A stretch of DNA of 64,000 bases from an uncultured bacterium (GCA_964466265.1 CAYXMX010000002.1:15340-79339), one strand, 5' to 3'; shown: positions 1 through 10,367, counted from the first letter of the stretch. Made by a program: numbers and translations. The notes: generated by a model not told the origin, from the sequence alone.

Positions 1-162
1 GTGGGTAAAGTGAATGTTGATTTCAATAAAGATGTCGCTATGAATTACCGAATTACCAGTATTCCAAACCTGCTTATTTTCAATAACGGCGGAGTCGTAG
101 ACTCAATAATTGGTGCTGTTCCAAAGCAGGAAATCACAAAACGATTAGATGCAATTCTTTAA
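1..162 (+). CDS. trxA: thioredoxin, C-terminal fragment (5' end lies upstream of the window)
   Basis: Frame +1 reads VGKVNVDFNKDVAMNYRITSIPNLLIFNNGGVVDSIIGAVPKQEITKRLDAIL-stop. This matches the conserved C-terminal half of thioredoxins (NVD...SIPTLLxFxNG...GAxPK). It is absent from the track because it has no start in the window. It sits directly upstream of trxB. Confidence 0.8.
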   Translation: MGKVNVDFNKDVAMNYRITSIPNLLIFNNGGVVDSIIGAVPKQEITKRLDAIL

Positions 163-178
163 CAAAAAAGTTATATGA

Positions 179-1114
179 ATGATGAATCGTAAGGTCTTAA
201 TTATCGGATCCGGCCCCGCTGGTTTGACAGCGGCTATTTATGCCGCCAGAGCAAATCTTCAACCATTGGTGCTCGAAGGAAGTCAACCGGGTGGACAACT
301 TACCATAACAACTGATGTTGAAAATTATCCCGGATTCCCCGATGGTATTATGGGTCCAGAACTCATGGACTTATTTAGAAAGCAAGCAAAGCATTTTGGT
401 GCAGAATGTCATTTTAAACATGTATCGAAAGTGGATTTTTCCAAACAACCATTTACAGTATGGGTTGGCGATGAAGAATTCACCTCTGATTCTGTCATTG
501 TTGCGACAGGTGCAACAGCCCGTTTGTTGGGGCTCGAATCAGAATCTTTATTAATGGGACATGGTGTTTCTGCTTGTGCTACATGTGATGGTTTTTTCTT
601 TAGAGATAAAAAAGTACTCGTAGTGGGCGGCGGTGATTCTGCCGTTGAAGAAGCCAATTTCTTAACAAAGTTTGCTTCCGAAGTAAAAATAGTTCATCGA
701 AGAGATGAATTGCGCGCATCAAAAATTATGCAGCAACGTGCATTTGATAATCCAAAAATCAGCTTTCTGTGGAATTCTACTGTGACGGAAATAAAAGGAA
801 CAGTGGAAACTGGTGTGACAGGCGTCGTCATTCAAGATACTGTTTCAAAAGAAACCCGTGAAGAATCTTGTGACGGAATATTCATGGCTATTGGACATTT
901 TCCAAATACCAGCCTGTTTGAAAATATATTGGACTTGGATAAGAAAAAATATATTATTACCCAAAATGGGAGTACTATAACCAATATATCAGGCGTATTT
1001 GCCTGTGGAGATGTACAAGATTCTTATTATCGCCAGGCCATTACAGCTGCCGGAAGCGGATGTATGGCTGCCATTGATGCTGAACGATTTTTAGAGAATG
1101 AAGCCCATCATTAA
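179..1114 (+). CDS. trxB: thioredoxin-disulfide reductase
   Basis: 311 aa. FAD fold [16 protein letters not shown], redox-active CATCDG, NADPH fold [13 protein letters not shown]-terminal GDVQD...AAGSGCMAA. Confidence 0.95.
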   Translation: MMNRKVLIIGSGPAGLTAAIYAARANLQPLVLEGSQPGGQLTITTDVENYPGFPDGIMGPELMDLFRKQAKHFGAECHFKHVSKVDFSKQPFTVWVGDEEFTSDSVIVATGATARLLGLESESLLMGHGVSACATCDGFFFRDKKVLVVGGGDSAVEEANFLTKFASEVKIVHRRDELRASKIMQQRAFDNPKISFLWNSTVTEIKGTVETGVTGVVIQDTVSKETREESCDGIFMAIGHFPNTSLFENILDLDKKKYIITQNGSTITNISGVFACGDVQDSYYRQAITAAGSGCMAAIDAERFLENEAHH

Positions 1115-1153
1115 ATAGACCTGCGATTTGTCGCTCATAGAAAGGAAAGAGCG

Positions 1154-1864
1154 ATGAATAGAAAAACTCTCATTTATGAAGTTTATAACCTCAAGAAGGT
1201 TTATAACGATCGAATTACACTTCAGATCGGCAAATTACAAATTCACAAGGGAACCGTTTATGGGATTATTGGTCCTGTGGGTTCTGGTAAAACATCCTTA
1301 CTGCGTGCTATTGCTGGATTAGAAAAACCGACCGAAGGGACTCTCAATTATGATAACGAACCTTTTAAAGTGAATTGGCTTGGTAAACTAACTCCACCCA
1401 AAGAAATTAAATTTGTTGATACAAATGGAACTGGGGGGAGTGATCTTGTTTCTAAATATTTCTCAGGAAAACACGGGAAAAGAAAGGATACAATTCAAAA
1501 AAAATATTTCAATAACGGTTTTCGACGGTTTATGTGGAACCAACCCTTAAATACTTTATCAAGTGGAGAAAACTCGTGGATCAAAATGATTGACGCCATT
1601 GAAAATGATCCAAGAGTATTAATCGTTGATCATTATGCAGCTTTATTGGATGATGATATGGAAAGAGATATGAATCGTCGGTTGAAAAGTATGAATCGAA
1701 ATCTTGGGACTACCATCATTTTATCAGGAGCAGAAAACTCCCGCATTCAAAAATTAGCCTCTGTAATGATTTACATGGATAATGGTCATATCTCTAAGGT
1801 TCGCTCAGGTAATTATAATCGGACGAATCGGCCATATCAGAAACGGTCTAAGGGAAGATCTTAA
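1154..1864 (+). CDS. ABC-type ATPase-like protein with degenerate catalytic motifs
   Basis: Walker A GPVGSGKTS. The signature-like motif is LSSGENSW rather than LSGGQ. The Walker B-like motif VLIVDH has His where the catalytic Glu normally follows the Asp. Basic C-terminal tail; no permease gene adjacent. Confidence 0.65.
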   Translation: MNRKTLIYEVYNLKKVYNDRITLQIGKLQIHKGTVYGIIGPVGSGKTSLLRAIAGLEKPTEGTLNYDNEPFKVNWLGKLTPPKEIKFVDTNGTGGSDLVSKYFSGKHGKRKDTIQKKYFNNGFRRFMWNQPLNTLSSGENSWIKMIDAIENDPRVLIVDHYAALLDDDMERDMNRRLKSMNRNLGTTIILSGAENSRIQKLASVMIYMDNGHISKVRSGNYNRTNRPYQKRSKGRS

Positions 1865-1925
1865 TCATTTTTACTGAATAGGAATCTATCGGTAATCTCC
1901 TAATTCATATTAAATTCCATCTACT

Positions 1926-2561
1926 ATGAAACGTATTTACCGCTCACAAAAAGATCGAATCCTTTCCGGAATTTGCGGGGGATTTGCTGATTACTTTCAT
2001 GTAGATCCCTCTGTGATTAGATTGGTTTGGATATTTTTCACTCTGTTTGGAGGGTCAGGAATTCTGGCATATGTTTTGGCAATTGTGATTATTCCCAACG
2101 AATATGAAGTTCCCCAAAAGAGCCGGCACTATTTTTCTCTTCTCAAAGATGATCGGACCATTTTATGGGGGGCTCTATTAGTTTTTGTTGGTTTTATCCT
2201 TATTTTTCAACATAATGATTTATTAAGGGTCGCATGGAGGGAATTTTGGAATAGTGGAATTAACCTTATTATGGCTGTTGGAATATTAGGTTTCGGCGTT
2301 TATTTACTTTATTCGAAAAGAATTGAATTACTAGCCATGTTTCATGATGGCAATGGATTACCCATGCATCTATCCTTAAAAGATCGAAAAATTGTTGGTG
2401 TTTGCGGTGGAATAGCCGAGTCTCTTAATATAGACAGTACCTTAATACGGTTTATCTGGATATATGTTACTGTCATGAGTGGAGGCTTGGGAATATTATT
2501 ATATTTAGTCTTGGCTCTAATTTTACCTTCAGATACGTTTCATCAAACAAATCAGGAATAA
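1926..2561 (+). CDS. membrane protein with two PspC domains
   Basis: Two copies of the PspC N-terminal motif (ILSGICGGFADYFHVDPSVIRLVWIFF and KIVGVCGGIAESLNIDSTLIRFIWIYV), each followed by hydrophobic helices. Confidence 0.8.
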   Translation: MKRIYRSQKDRILSGICGGFADYFHVDPSVIRLVWIFFTLFGGSGILAYVLAIVIIPNEYEVPQKSRHYFSLLKDDRTILWGALLVFVGFILIFQHNDLLRVAWREFWNSGINLIMAVGILGFGVYLLYSKRIELLAMFHDGNGLPMHLSLKDRKIVGVCGGIAESLNIDSTLIRFIWIYVTVMSGGLGILLYLVLALILPSDTFHQTNQE

Positions 2562-3532
2562 TGAGAATAGAAAAATTACATGAACTAGTTGATCAATTCA
2601 GTCAAAAGCATATTCTCGTTGTGGGTGATTTGATGCTTGATTCCTACATGTGGGGAAGTACAAACCGAATATCTCCGGAGGCTCCTGTTCCGGTAGTGTC
2701 TATTGATAAAACGACGCACAACCCTGGAGGTGCGGCTAATGTTGGTTGGAATATTTCTTCTCTATCTGCTAAAGTATCTATGGTAGGAATTATTGGAGAG
2801 GACGCTTTTGGCGATCAATTGTTAGAAATTATGTCTACTCGGGGCATTAAAGTTGAGGGAGTTGTAAAAGATAGTGGAAGAAAGACAACTGTAAAAACGC
2901 GTATTATTGCTCAGGGACAGCAAGTTGTCAGGACGGATTTAGAATCGTTGAGAACGCCGTCCGACGCTGCCAAAGAATCTGTTTATCAAAAGTTGTCATC
3001 TATCATGGAAGAAGTGGATGGAATAATTATTGCTGATTACAACAAAGGATTATTATCTGCTGATATGATTGATACACTTTTATCCAAGGCAATCAGTTAC
3101 CATCTTCCTGTGTATGTTGATCCTAAAAAAGATCATTATTTCGAATATAAAGATGTAAGACTATTTAAGCCAAATTCGGTGGAGTTTAAACAATCAATGA
3201 ATCAAAATGTTACTGTCGAATCTGCAAATGAATTACGCCACCAATTAAACGCAGACTATATTTTAATTACCATTGGTGCAGATGGAATGCTATTAATCAC
3301 AGATGAGGGTCATTTTAAAATTCCCACCAAAGCCAGAGCTGTTCATGATGTTTCTGGAGCCGGAGATACCGTTATTTCCTTATTTACCTTGGCTGACTTA
3401 TCGGGAGCTTCTCCAGAAGAAGCAGCTATATTGGCGAATCTGGCTGCAGGTAGGGTATGTGAAGAAGTGGGCGTTATGCCAATAAACCTGGATATGTTAA
3501 ACGAAATATTCAATCACCATCACCCATATTAA
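2561..3532 (+). CDS. hldA: D-glycero-beta-D-manno-heptose-7-phosphate kinase (RfaE domain I type, PfkB family)
   Basis: N-terminal ILVVGDLMLDSYMWGSTNRISPEAPVPVV is the RfaE domain I hallmark. Also GGAANV and the PfkB motif DVSGAGDT. ATGA overlap with the upstream stop. Confidence 0.85.
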   Translation: MRIEKLHELVDQFSQKHILVVGDLMLDSYMWGSTNRISPEAPVPVVSIDKTTHNPGGAANVGWNISSLSAKVSMVGIIGEDAFGDQLLEIMSTRGIKVEGVVKDSGRKTTVKTRIIAQGQQVVRTDLESLRTPSDAAKESVYQKLSSIMEEVDGIIIADYNKGLLSADMIDTLLSKAISYHLPVYVDPKKDHYFEYKDVRLFKPNSVEFKQSMNQNVTVESANELRHQLNADYILITIGADGMLLITDEGHFKIPTKARAVHDVSGAGDTVISLFTLADLSGASPEEAAILANLAAGRVCEEVGVMPINLDMLNEIFNHHHPY

Positions 3533-3569
3533 TCCATTTTCATTTAAATACCTCATCCATTAAGGCGTT

Positions 3570-5201
3570 ATGATTCAACATACGTTAAAATTTATTCTTG
3601 TTCTGATTTGTACTTGCCAACTCAATGGACAAAACGATTTCCGTTATGATCCCTTTGATTGGATATTATATAAGCAATTAGGCAATATAACATCTGTTAC
3701 CGAAGGTTTTACTTATTTGTACGTTGGCACAGAGTTTGGGGGAATCATCAGGGTCCATCGATATGGTCACTATTTTGAAGAAACTCTTACAACTGCCCAA
3801 GGGTTAAAGGAAGATAATGTTTCTGCAGTTCATTTTGATCAGAATACTGGAAACCTTTGGGTGGCGACAAGAAATTTCGTTCATTATAGTCATTCCCGTG
3901 AAGGGAATTGGATTACAATTCAAAGAAGTGATTGGGGGTTGCCACAGAATAGTCAGATCTATCGGATGGGATCATCGAAAGATTATATTTGGATTCAACT
4001 GGGGAGTTCATTTGTAAAGTTAGATCATATATCAGGAATTTTTCTCGGAACTTTTCCGATACCAAATGAAAAGGCCATCAACTGGAGTTTAAGTTCAGCC
4101 ACATCCAACTTTTCAACTGAAATCATCAATGAGTATTCATTAACAGGAGGATGGCTTTTAGTTGGAAATAGTTACGTAAATCCCTATGGTAGTAACGGTC
4201 GAATAACTGTTTTTTTTATTGGTCGAGAAGGAGACGTTATTCTTGGTACAGATGATGGAACGATTTTCATCGGCGATAACCGAATGAAATTATTGGACCC
4301 ACTCCAGGCCGGATTGGGTAATAGTGATGTAGAATTTATCTCGGGGGAAAAAAATATTTATCTCGGGGGTCGTTTATCAAATTTAACAAAAGGGTTGACG
4401 ATTTATGATCCTCAACGAAATTATTTTGAAATAAATGATTTTCAGGACCGTATTAATTTATCCCGGGGATCATATTTTTGTTCGCTGGAAATAAATGATG
4501 AGAGGTGGTATGGTGGAAATAATATGATTGCAGTTTATAACAAAAAGGATGATTATTGGCGTATGTTGGATGAAAGCAGAGGGTTTTTCGGTAGAAAGAT
4601 AACTGATTTAGTCGCAGATAGTCAGTTCGTCTGGATCGCCTCTTCCTCAGGATTATTCCAAATGAGTTCAAAAGAAAAACGAGTGGAAACGGTTGGTTTT
4701 GAAAAAATATTTAATAATCGCTATATTTATGATATTGCACTCGTAGATAATTTACTCTGGATTGCTTCAGATTATCATTTAACTATTGTGGATTTATTAA
4801 CGGAAAAATTAATGAACTTTCAAGATATTGGTTTTTTGGGAGATATGGAGGGTAAGGAAAGTCTTTTGTCTGGATTTAGAGTTATTAAAGTTTATAAAAA
4901 TGAAATAATGGTCAGTTCTAATCAAGGAGTGTGGTGTTTTAACATTGTAACCAAAAAGTGGTCTGAATTAGTGGACCCGTCTGTATTTGCAGGACGTGAA
5001 ATCTATGCGATTGCACGGAATGAACAGTATATATTTATGGCAACTAATGATGGTTTCATTCGTTACGATTTAAAAGATAGATTCATTCATGATTATGACT
5101 ATGAATTTATTGGAATTATTCATGATTTAGTAATCGATAATAATACCCTGCTTTTGGGTACCTCAAACGGTTTGATAAAGTTTAAATGGACAAAAGATTG
5201 A
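3570..5201 (+). CDS. secreted beta-propeller repeat protein (two-component-regulator-propeller-like repeats)
   Basis: Signal peptide MIQHTLKFILVLICTCQLNGQ. Recurrent blades of the form V/I..(V/I)xxDxxxLWIAT/SxxGL (VSAVHFDQNTGNLWVATRN, ITDLVADSQFVWIASSSGLFQM, IYDIALVDNLLWIASDYHL, IHDLVIDNNTLLLGTSNGLIKF). Confidence 0.5.
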   Translation: MIQHTLKFILVLICTCQLNGQNDFRYDPFDWILYKQLGNITSVTEGFTYLYVGTEFGGIIRVHRYGHYFEETLTTAQGLKEDNVSAVHFDQNTGNLWVATRNFVHYSHSREGNWITIQRSDWGLPQNSQIYRMGSSKDYIWIQLGSSFVKLDHISGIFLGTFPIPNEKAINWSLSSATSNFSTEIINEYSLTGGWLLVGNSYVNPYGSNGRITVFFIGREGDVILGTDDGTIFIGDNRMKLLDPLQAGLGNSDVEFISGEKNIYLGGRLSNLTKGLTIYDPQRNYFEINDFQDRINLSRGSYFCSLEINDERWYGGNNMIAVYNKKDDYWRMLDESRGFFGRKITDLVADSQFVWIASSSGLFQMSSKEKRVETVGFEKIFNNRYIYDIALVDNLLWIASDYHLTIVDLLTEKLMNFQDIGFLGDMEGKESLLSGFRVIKVYKNEIMVSSNQGVWCFNIVTKKWSELVDPSVFAGREIYAIARNEQYIFMATNDGFIRYDLKDRFIHDYDYEFIGIIHDLVIDNNTLLLGTSNGLIKFKWTKD

Positions 5202-6460
5202 AAATATTTAATAAAATTTTGATTCTAACTCTGTTGTCGCAAATTGTTTTTGCACAGAGAATGCGTGACAGCAATCGTGATTTAAAAACAAGCAATGTGG
5301 AACAGTTTCATATAACCATTGTGCCTGAAGCAGATACTAAAACAAATAAAATTCTCCTAAAAACTTATATATTGATCCCCAGTTACGCATTGCAGTTTGT
5401 GAAAGTAAAAGGTGGGTTTGAATCAAGTTTTGAAATTAGAGTTGTTTTATTTGATGATGAAGGTAATCAATTAGATACAGAATCTATGACTCAAACACTA
5501 TCTGCAGCAGACTACCTGGAAACTGTGAGTCGATCTAACTGGTATTATATAGATCATGTATTCTCTGTTGAGAATAAGAAATATAAAGTTGTTTGCGAGT
5601 TATTCGACCTTGATACGAGAAACAGCGGTGTCAAAGAAAAGAAAATCGATTTAACTGAATATGGTTCTGATTTTACGTTGTTTCCACCGAAAATAATGAA
5701 CCAGTACAAGGGGACATGGCAAGGTGGAACAATACTGTTACCAAGTTTCAATAATGAAATCAGTTTTCAACAATCATTTATCCCTGTACGTCTCTCTGGA
5801 AAAGTATCTCCATCGGATTATGCATTAACATTAAAATTAAGTGATATGAAGGGAAATCTGATTGCACAAATAGATACAACCATTTCCAATACTGAACCTG
5901 TGATAGAGCAGAAGCTTAAGCTGCCTATGGAAGAAATACATGGTCTGCGAGTAAAACTTGATGTCGAGTTAAAGCAAAATAGCAAAATAAGAAAACAAAA
6001 TATTGAACTAAAAATAAAGCGACCGGGTATATCCTCATATGTTAATGACATTGATGAAGCCATTGATCAGATGAGGTATATCTTGACGGCTGATGAGCAG
6101 AGGCAGCTCTCAAAATCGCGGAAAGGTGAGAAAGAAAAATTATTTTATCAATTCTGGAAAGAACGTGATCCAAGTCCTGATACGAATGGGAATGAGCTTA
6201 TGGATCAGTTTTATGTACGCGTGGCTTATGCGAATGAACATTTTACATCGTTTGCTCCCGGTTGGAGAACAGATATGGGTATGATTTACATTCTGTTTGG
6301 TCCTCCAGATGATGTAGAGAGAACATTTATGAATAGCAATCGAAATGCACGCCATACCTGGCATTATTATCGAATTAATCGCACTTTTGTTTTTTATGAC
6401 GAAAATGGTTTTGGAGATTTTCGTTTGACCACACCGTATATTTCCGGCCGTACCTGGTGA
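5186..6460 (+). CDS. GWxTD domain-containing protein
   Basis: Signal peptide. C-terminal FWKERDPSPDT...GWRTDMGMIYILFGPPD is the GWxTD motif block. 16-nt overlap with the upstream gene. Confidence 0.8.
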   Translation: MDKRLKIFNKILILTLLSQIVFAQRMRDSNRDLKTSNVEQFHITIVPEADTKTNKILLKTYILIPSYALQFVKVKGGFESSFEIRVVLFDDEGNQLDTESMTQTLSAADYLETVSRSNWYYIDHVFSVENKKYKVVCELFDLDTRNSGVKEKKIDLTEYGSDFTLFPPKIMNQYKGTWQGGTILLPSFNNEISFQQSFIPVRLSGKVSPSDYALTLKLSDMKGNLIAQIDTTISNTEPVIEQKLKLPMEEIHGLRVKLDVELKQNSKIRKQNIELKIKRPGISSYVNDIDEAIDQMRYILTADEQRQLSKSRKGEKEKLFYQFWKERDPSPDTNGNELMDQFYVRVAYANEHFTSFAPGWRTDMGMIYILFGPPDDVERTFMNSNRNARHTWHYYRINRTFVFYDENGFGDFRLTTPYISGRTW

Positions 6461-7257
6461 GTAATCTTCAGCGTTTTTCTTATAGCGGACTTCAATCGTA
6501 TAAAAAATGTCCGGCTCAATTTAAAATCAGATATATTGAAAAAGTAACAAAACCCGACGAGGGAATTGAAGCATTTATGGGTAAAAGGGTTCACGAAGCA
6601 CTTGAGTTTTTATATAAAGAAGTTGGATCAGGTCGGCTACCAATTGTCGATCTCGTTTTAGATTATTATCATTCGATTTGGCTTGATTCGTGGCATGATC
6701 GGATTGCTATTGCTAAATGGGGAGAGAAAAAAGAAGACTACTACCGATTAGGAGAAGCGTGTATTGCCAGATTCTATCGAAATAATGAGCCATTCAAAGA
6801 AAAAGTAGAAGGAATCGAAATGGTGGTTGACTTTATGTTAAATGGTGAAAGTGATTATCGAATGAAAGGGATTATTGATCGTTTAGATTATCGTGGAAAT
6901 GGCCACTACGAAATTCACGATTATAAAACCGGAAAAAGAGCCTTGGATCAGAAGAAAGCTGATCGGGATGGTCAACTAGCACTTTATCAAATTGCTTTAC
7001 ATCAGGAATATGAAAACGTAAAAACAGTTGAACTGGTTTGGCATTTTGTCAGATATGGGATCGAGGTAAGATCCAGACGAACAGATGATCAATTGAATGA
7101 CCTGACTGCCTCCCTTAAAAAAACAATCGATGAAATACGTCTGAAGGAAAGTATAGGAGAAGAATTCTCGCCCAAACCAATGATACTTTGCAATTGGTGC
7201 TACTATTGGGAAGAATGCCCGGCGAAAGAGGGACCAAATCCCTTTATCAGAGGATAG
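6457..7257 (+). CDS. PD-(D/E)XK nuclease, RecB/AddB/Cas4-like with 4-Cys cluster
   Basis: Nuclease core GIIDRLDY...YEIHDYKTGK and QLALYQ. One N-terminal Cys (YKKCPAQF) plus C-terminal CNWCYYWEEC gives the C-x(n)-C-x2-C-x5-C pattern of Cas4/AddB-type iron-sulfur nucleases. The GTG start overlaps the upstream stop (GTGA). Confidence 0.75.
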   Translation: MSNLQRFSYSGLQSYKKCPAQFKIRYIEKVTKPDEGIEAFMGKRVHEALEFLYKEVGSGRLPIVDLVLDYYHSIWLDSWHDRIAIAKWGEKKEDYYRLGEACIARFYRNNEPFKEKVEGIEMVVDFMLNGESDYRMKGIIDRLDYRGNGHYEIHDYKTGKRALDQKKADRDGQLALYQIALHQEYENVKTVELVWHFVRYGIEVRSRRTDDQLNDLTASLKKTIDEIRLKESIGEEFSPKPMILCNWCYYWEECPAKEGPNPFIRG

Positions 7258-7299
7258 GTTAAGCTTTCATACTGTTGAAAATGGTTCAAAAATAAGAGG

Positions 7300-8598
7300 G
7301 TGACTGTCATTAGAATTAGGTTAAAAATATTCACTATTTTATTCGCATTCATTTTGATTGCTGGATGTCAGCAACTCCATGAATCCTCCACATGGCAAAA
7401 GGGGAATCTCCATACTCATACTCTGTGGAGTGACGGAGATGCACCACCAGAGACCGTTATTCACTGGTACATTCAGCATAACTATCAATTTTTAGCACTT
7501 TCTGATCATAATATATTATCCGAAGGAGAGAAGTGGATTACTATTTATAATTATAGTGATCCGAATATTTGGCCACCCCGGTTTACCAAGGGGAATCTGG
7601 AAAAACTAAAAGAAGAGTTTGGGGAAAATTGGCCTACCTTACGCCAAAAAGGCGATACACTTCAGATGAAGCTCAAAACACTTAAAGAGTTAAAAGAAAA
7701 GTTTGAAGTGCCTGGTAAATTCATTCTCATCCAATCAGAAGAAATATCAGATGCGTATCAAGGGTTTCCTGTCCATGTAAATGCTACCAATATTAAGACA
7801 GTCATCCCTCCCCAAGGTGGACACAGCGCTTACGATGTAATGCAAAGGAATATAGATGCGGTCATTCGACAAAGAATAGAGACGCACCAGCCCATGCTCC
7901 CCCATATAAATCATCCAAATTTTGGATGGGGAATTGTCGCTGAAGATCTCATTCGCTTGAAGGGGGATTCTTTTTTTGAAGTATATAACGGACATCCTAG
8001 TGTAAAGAATTGGGGAGATTTGGGACATCCAGGGTCTGACAGAATTTGGGATATTGTTTTGGCTAACAGGCTTCATAAAGGAATGACAAGTTTGTATGGA
8101 ATCGCAACGGATGATGCACATTCATATTATCAATATCGAGTTGGAAACGCTAATGCCGGCAGGGGATGGGTACTCGTCAATTCAGACTCATTGACTGCGG
8201 CAAGTATCGTCAACGCATTAAGAAAAGGTGGGTTTTATGCAAGTTCCGGCGTTACAATTGATAATATTAGTTATACTGATGACCAATTAATTATCTCTAT
8301 TCACCCAGAACAAGATGTTATTTATACAACTCAGTTTATCGGAACTCCAATGAATTATGATACAACTTCTGTTCCCAATAAAAATAACGGAGAGATGCAC
8401 TCGCTACATATTTCAAGAATTTATAGCGATGATATTGGGCAGGTTCTGTACGAATCCAGGGAAAACCCTGCCATTTATCACTTTCAAAAGGATGAATTGT
8501 ATATTCGTGCCAAAGTCATTTCAAGTAGAAAACATCCAAATCCCTATGCGGAAGGTGATTTTGAGATGGCTTGGACTCAGCCAATTGTACCGTATTAA
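7300..8598 (+). CDS. PHP-domain metal-dependent phosphoesterase-like lipoprotein
   Basis: Lipobox LIAGC. PHP-type metal ligand motifs GNLHTHTLWSDGD, ALSDHN, HINHPNF, TDDAHS. GTG start. Confidence 0.65.
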   Translation: MTVIRIRLKIFTILFAFILIAGCQQLHESSTWQKGNLHTHTLWSDGDAPPETVIHWYIQHNYQFLALSDHNILSEGEKWITIYNYSDPNIWPPRFTKGNLEKLKEEFGENWPTLRQKGDTLQMKLKTLKELKEKFEVPGKFILIQSEEISDAYQGFPVHVNATNIKTVIPPQGGHSAYDVMQRNIDAVIRQRIETHQPMLPHINHPNFGWGIVAEDLIRLKGDSFFEVYNGHPSVKNWGDLGHPGSDRIWDIVLANRLHKGMTSLYGIATDDAHSYYQYRVGNANAGRGWVLVNSDSLTAASIVNALRKGGFYASSGVTIDNISYTDDQLIISIHPEQDVIYTTQFIGTPMNYDTTSVPNKNNGEMHSLHISRIYSDDIGQVLYESRENPAIYHFQKDELYIRAKVISSRKHPNPYAEGDFEMAWTQPIVPY

Positions 8599-8694
8599 TA
8601 GTTATTCCGTTAAATAATATGAATGAACCTGATTTATCTTAATTGAAACACCTATCGTTTCATTAAAATAACTTTTTTATTTTCCACCCTTGTT

Positions 8695-9201
8695 ATGAAA
8701 CTAAAACAGAATGAAAAGACGGCTATTAAGGATTTGCTGGCTAAGGCAGAAAACCGCTCTAATGATATTTTACAAATGCTTTATAAAAAACTTTCAGGAG
8801 ATCATATAATTGAATTATATGTGGATGGGGCAGCGGATCTTCACACGAAAACATCTGGTATTGGAGGTGTTTTTTACCAGAATGGCGAAGAGATTGATTC
8901 ATTCTCAGAATATTTTGGAGACGCAACCAACAATCAGGCAGAATACAGTGCACTGATTCGAGGACTGGAAATGGCGATTGAAATGAACATATCCAGTATT
9001 AAGATTTTTGCAGACAGCCAATTGGTTGTGCGACAAATAAATGGAGAGTATAAAGTAAAACATCATAATATGATCCCTCTCTATACAACTGCTTTGGATT
9101 TGTTAAATCAATTTGAATCTTGGGAAATTCATCATATCCTAAGGGATAAAAATAAAGTGGCAGATCAATTGAGTAAAGCCGGAATGAATAAAGGTCGATA
9201 A
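8695..9201 (+). CDS. ribonuclease H, type 1 (RNase HI-like with about 40 aa N-terminal extension)
   Basis: D-E-D-D catalytic pattern: YVDGA, NNQAEYSALIRGLE, FADSQLVV, NKVADQLSK. Confidence 0.75.
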   Translation: MKLKQNEKTAIKDLLAKAENRSNDILQMLYKKLSGDHIIELYVDGAADLHTKTSGIGGVFYQNGEEIDSFSEYFGDATNNQAEYSALIRGLEMAIEMNISSIKIFADSQLVVRQINGEYKVKHHNMIPLYTTALDLLNQFESWEIHHILRDKNKVADQLSKAGMNKGR

Positions 9202-9302
9202 CAGTCAGATTATTTCTGAAGTGCTCTTTGTTAAAACTAATAGCAGGAGATTATCAATTACTCAAGTGATGAACCTATTAATCGTTATTTAGAAAGTAGA
9301 AA

Positions 9303-10367
9303 ATGAAAGCATTAATCACTGCCGGGGGGCACGGAACAAGGCTACGCCCAATCACACACACTCAGAATAAACACTTGATCCCTATCGCAAATAAACTCAT
9401 GTTGGCATATGCTCTTGAATATGCAAGTGACGCAGAAATTGAGGAAGTGGGTGTGATTATTAATTCAGGAGACCATTCCATTGAAAAAGCATTTGGCAAT
9501 GGGGAAAGGTTTGGGTTAAGGATTACTTATATTGAACAATCTGCACCGAAAGGATTGGGACATGTGGTTAAAATTGCAGAGCCATTTATTGGGAGTGATC
9601 CGTTTGTATTTTACTTAGGCGATAATATCCTTGTGGGTGGAATAAATACGTTTGTGGAAGAATACCACGAAAACCATTCTAACTGTCATTTGGTATTGAG
9701 TAAAGTGCCTGATCCAAATCGATTTGGTGTTGCCGATGTGAAACATGGGAAAATTATTGGGATTGAAGAAAAACCTTCCAACCCAAAAAGTGATTTAGCC
9801 GTAACAGGAATTTATGTATATGACGGTCATATTTTTGAAGCTGTAAATAATATTCTGCCGTCTGAGAGGGGAGAGCTGGAAATATCCGATGCCCATCAAT
9901 ACTTACTGGAGAAGGGATACAGTGTAACCTATTCAGAAATTACCGGTTGGTGGAAAGATACTGGTAAACCATCTGACTTATTAGAAGCGAACCGGTTGGT
10001 ATTGGACAATATTAAAGATAAACGTAAAGGAAAGATTGATTCATCTTCAAATGTTTCCGGTAGGGCGATCATTGGTGATGGATCCCAAATCATAGATTCC
10101 AATGTTCGTGGACCAGTGGTGATTGGAAAAAATGTAAAAATTGAAGGTGCCTATGTTGGTCCCTATACGGCAATTGGAGACAGATGTTTAATTAAAAATA
10201 GTGAAATAGAATATTCTATATTAATGAATGGTTGCGGTATCCAAAATATCTCACAGAGAATCGAAGCTTCACTTCTTGGAAGCGATGTACAGTTAATTCG
10301 GTCTAAGTCTAAACCTGTGACACATCGGTTTATTTTGGGTGACCAGAGCAGGGTTGAAATTGACTAA
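9303..10367 (+). CDS. glucose-1-phosphate thymidylyltransferase-like sugar nucleotidyltransferase (long form with left-handed beta-helix tail)
   Basis: N-terminal MKALITAGGHGTRLRPITHTQNKHLIPIANK nucleotidyltransferase motif. 354 aa with a hexapeptide-repeat-like C-terminus (IIGDGSQIIDSNVRGPVVIGKNVKIEGAYVGPYTAIGDRCLI). Confidence 0.8.
   Translation: MKALITAGGHGTRLRPITHTQNKHLIPIANKLMLAYALEYASDAEIEEVGVIINSGDHSIEKAFGNGERFGLRITYIEQSAPKGLGHVVKIAEPFIGSDPFVFYLGDNILVGGINTFVEEYHENHSNCHLVLSKVPDPNRFGVADVKHGKIIGIEEKPSNPKSDLAVTGIYVYDGHIFEAVNNILPSERGELEISDAHQYLLEKGYSVTYSEITGWWKDTGKPSDLLEANRLVLDNIKDKRKGKIDSSSNVSGRAIIGDGSQIIDSNVRGPVVIGKNVKIEGAYVGPYTAIGDRCLIKNSEIEYSILMNGCGIQNISQRIEASLLGSDVQLIRSKSKPVTHRFILGDQSRVEID

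Noticed and set aside
7492-7500. CIRCE half-site-like TTAGCACTT
   Set aside because: It lies inside the PHP-domain coding sequence, has no inverted partner 9 nt away and is far from any chaperone gene.
7747-8121. Minus-strand ORF of 124 aa
   Set aside because: It is antisense to the PHP-domain gene, which carries conserved metal-ligand motifs. It has no start context or recognisable motif.
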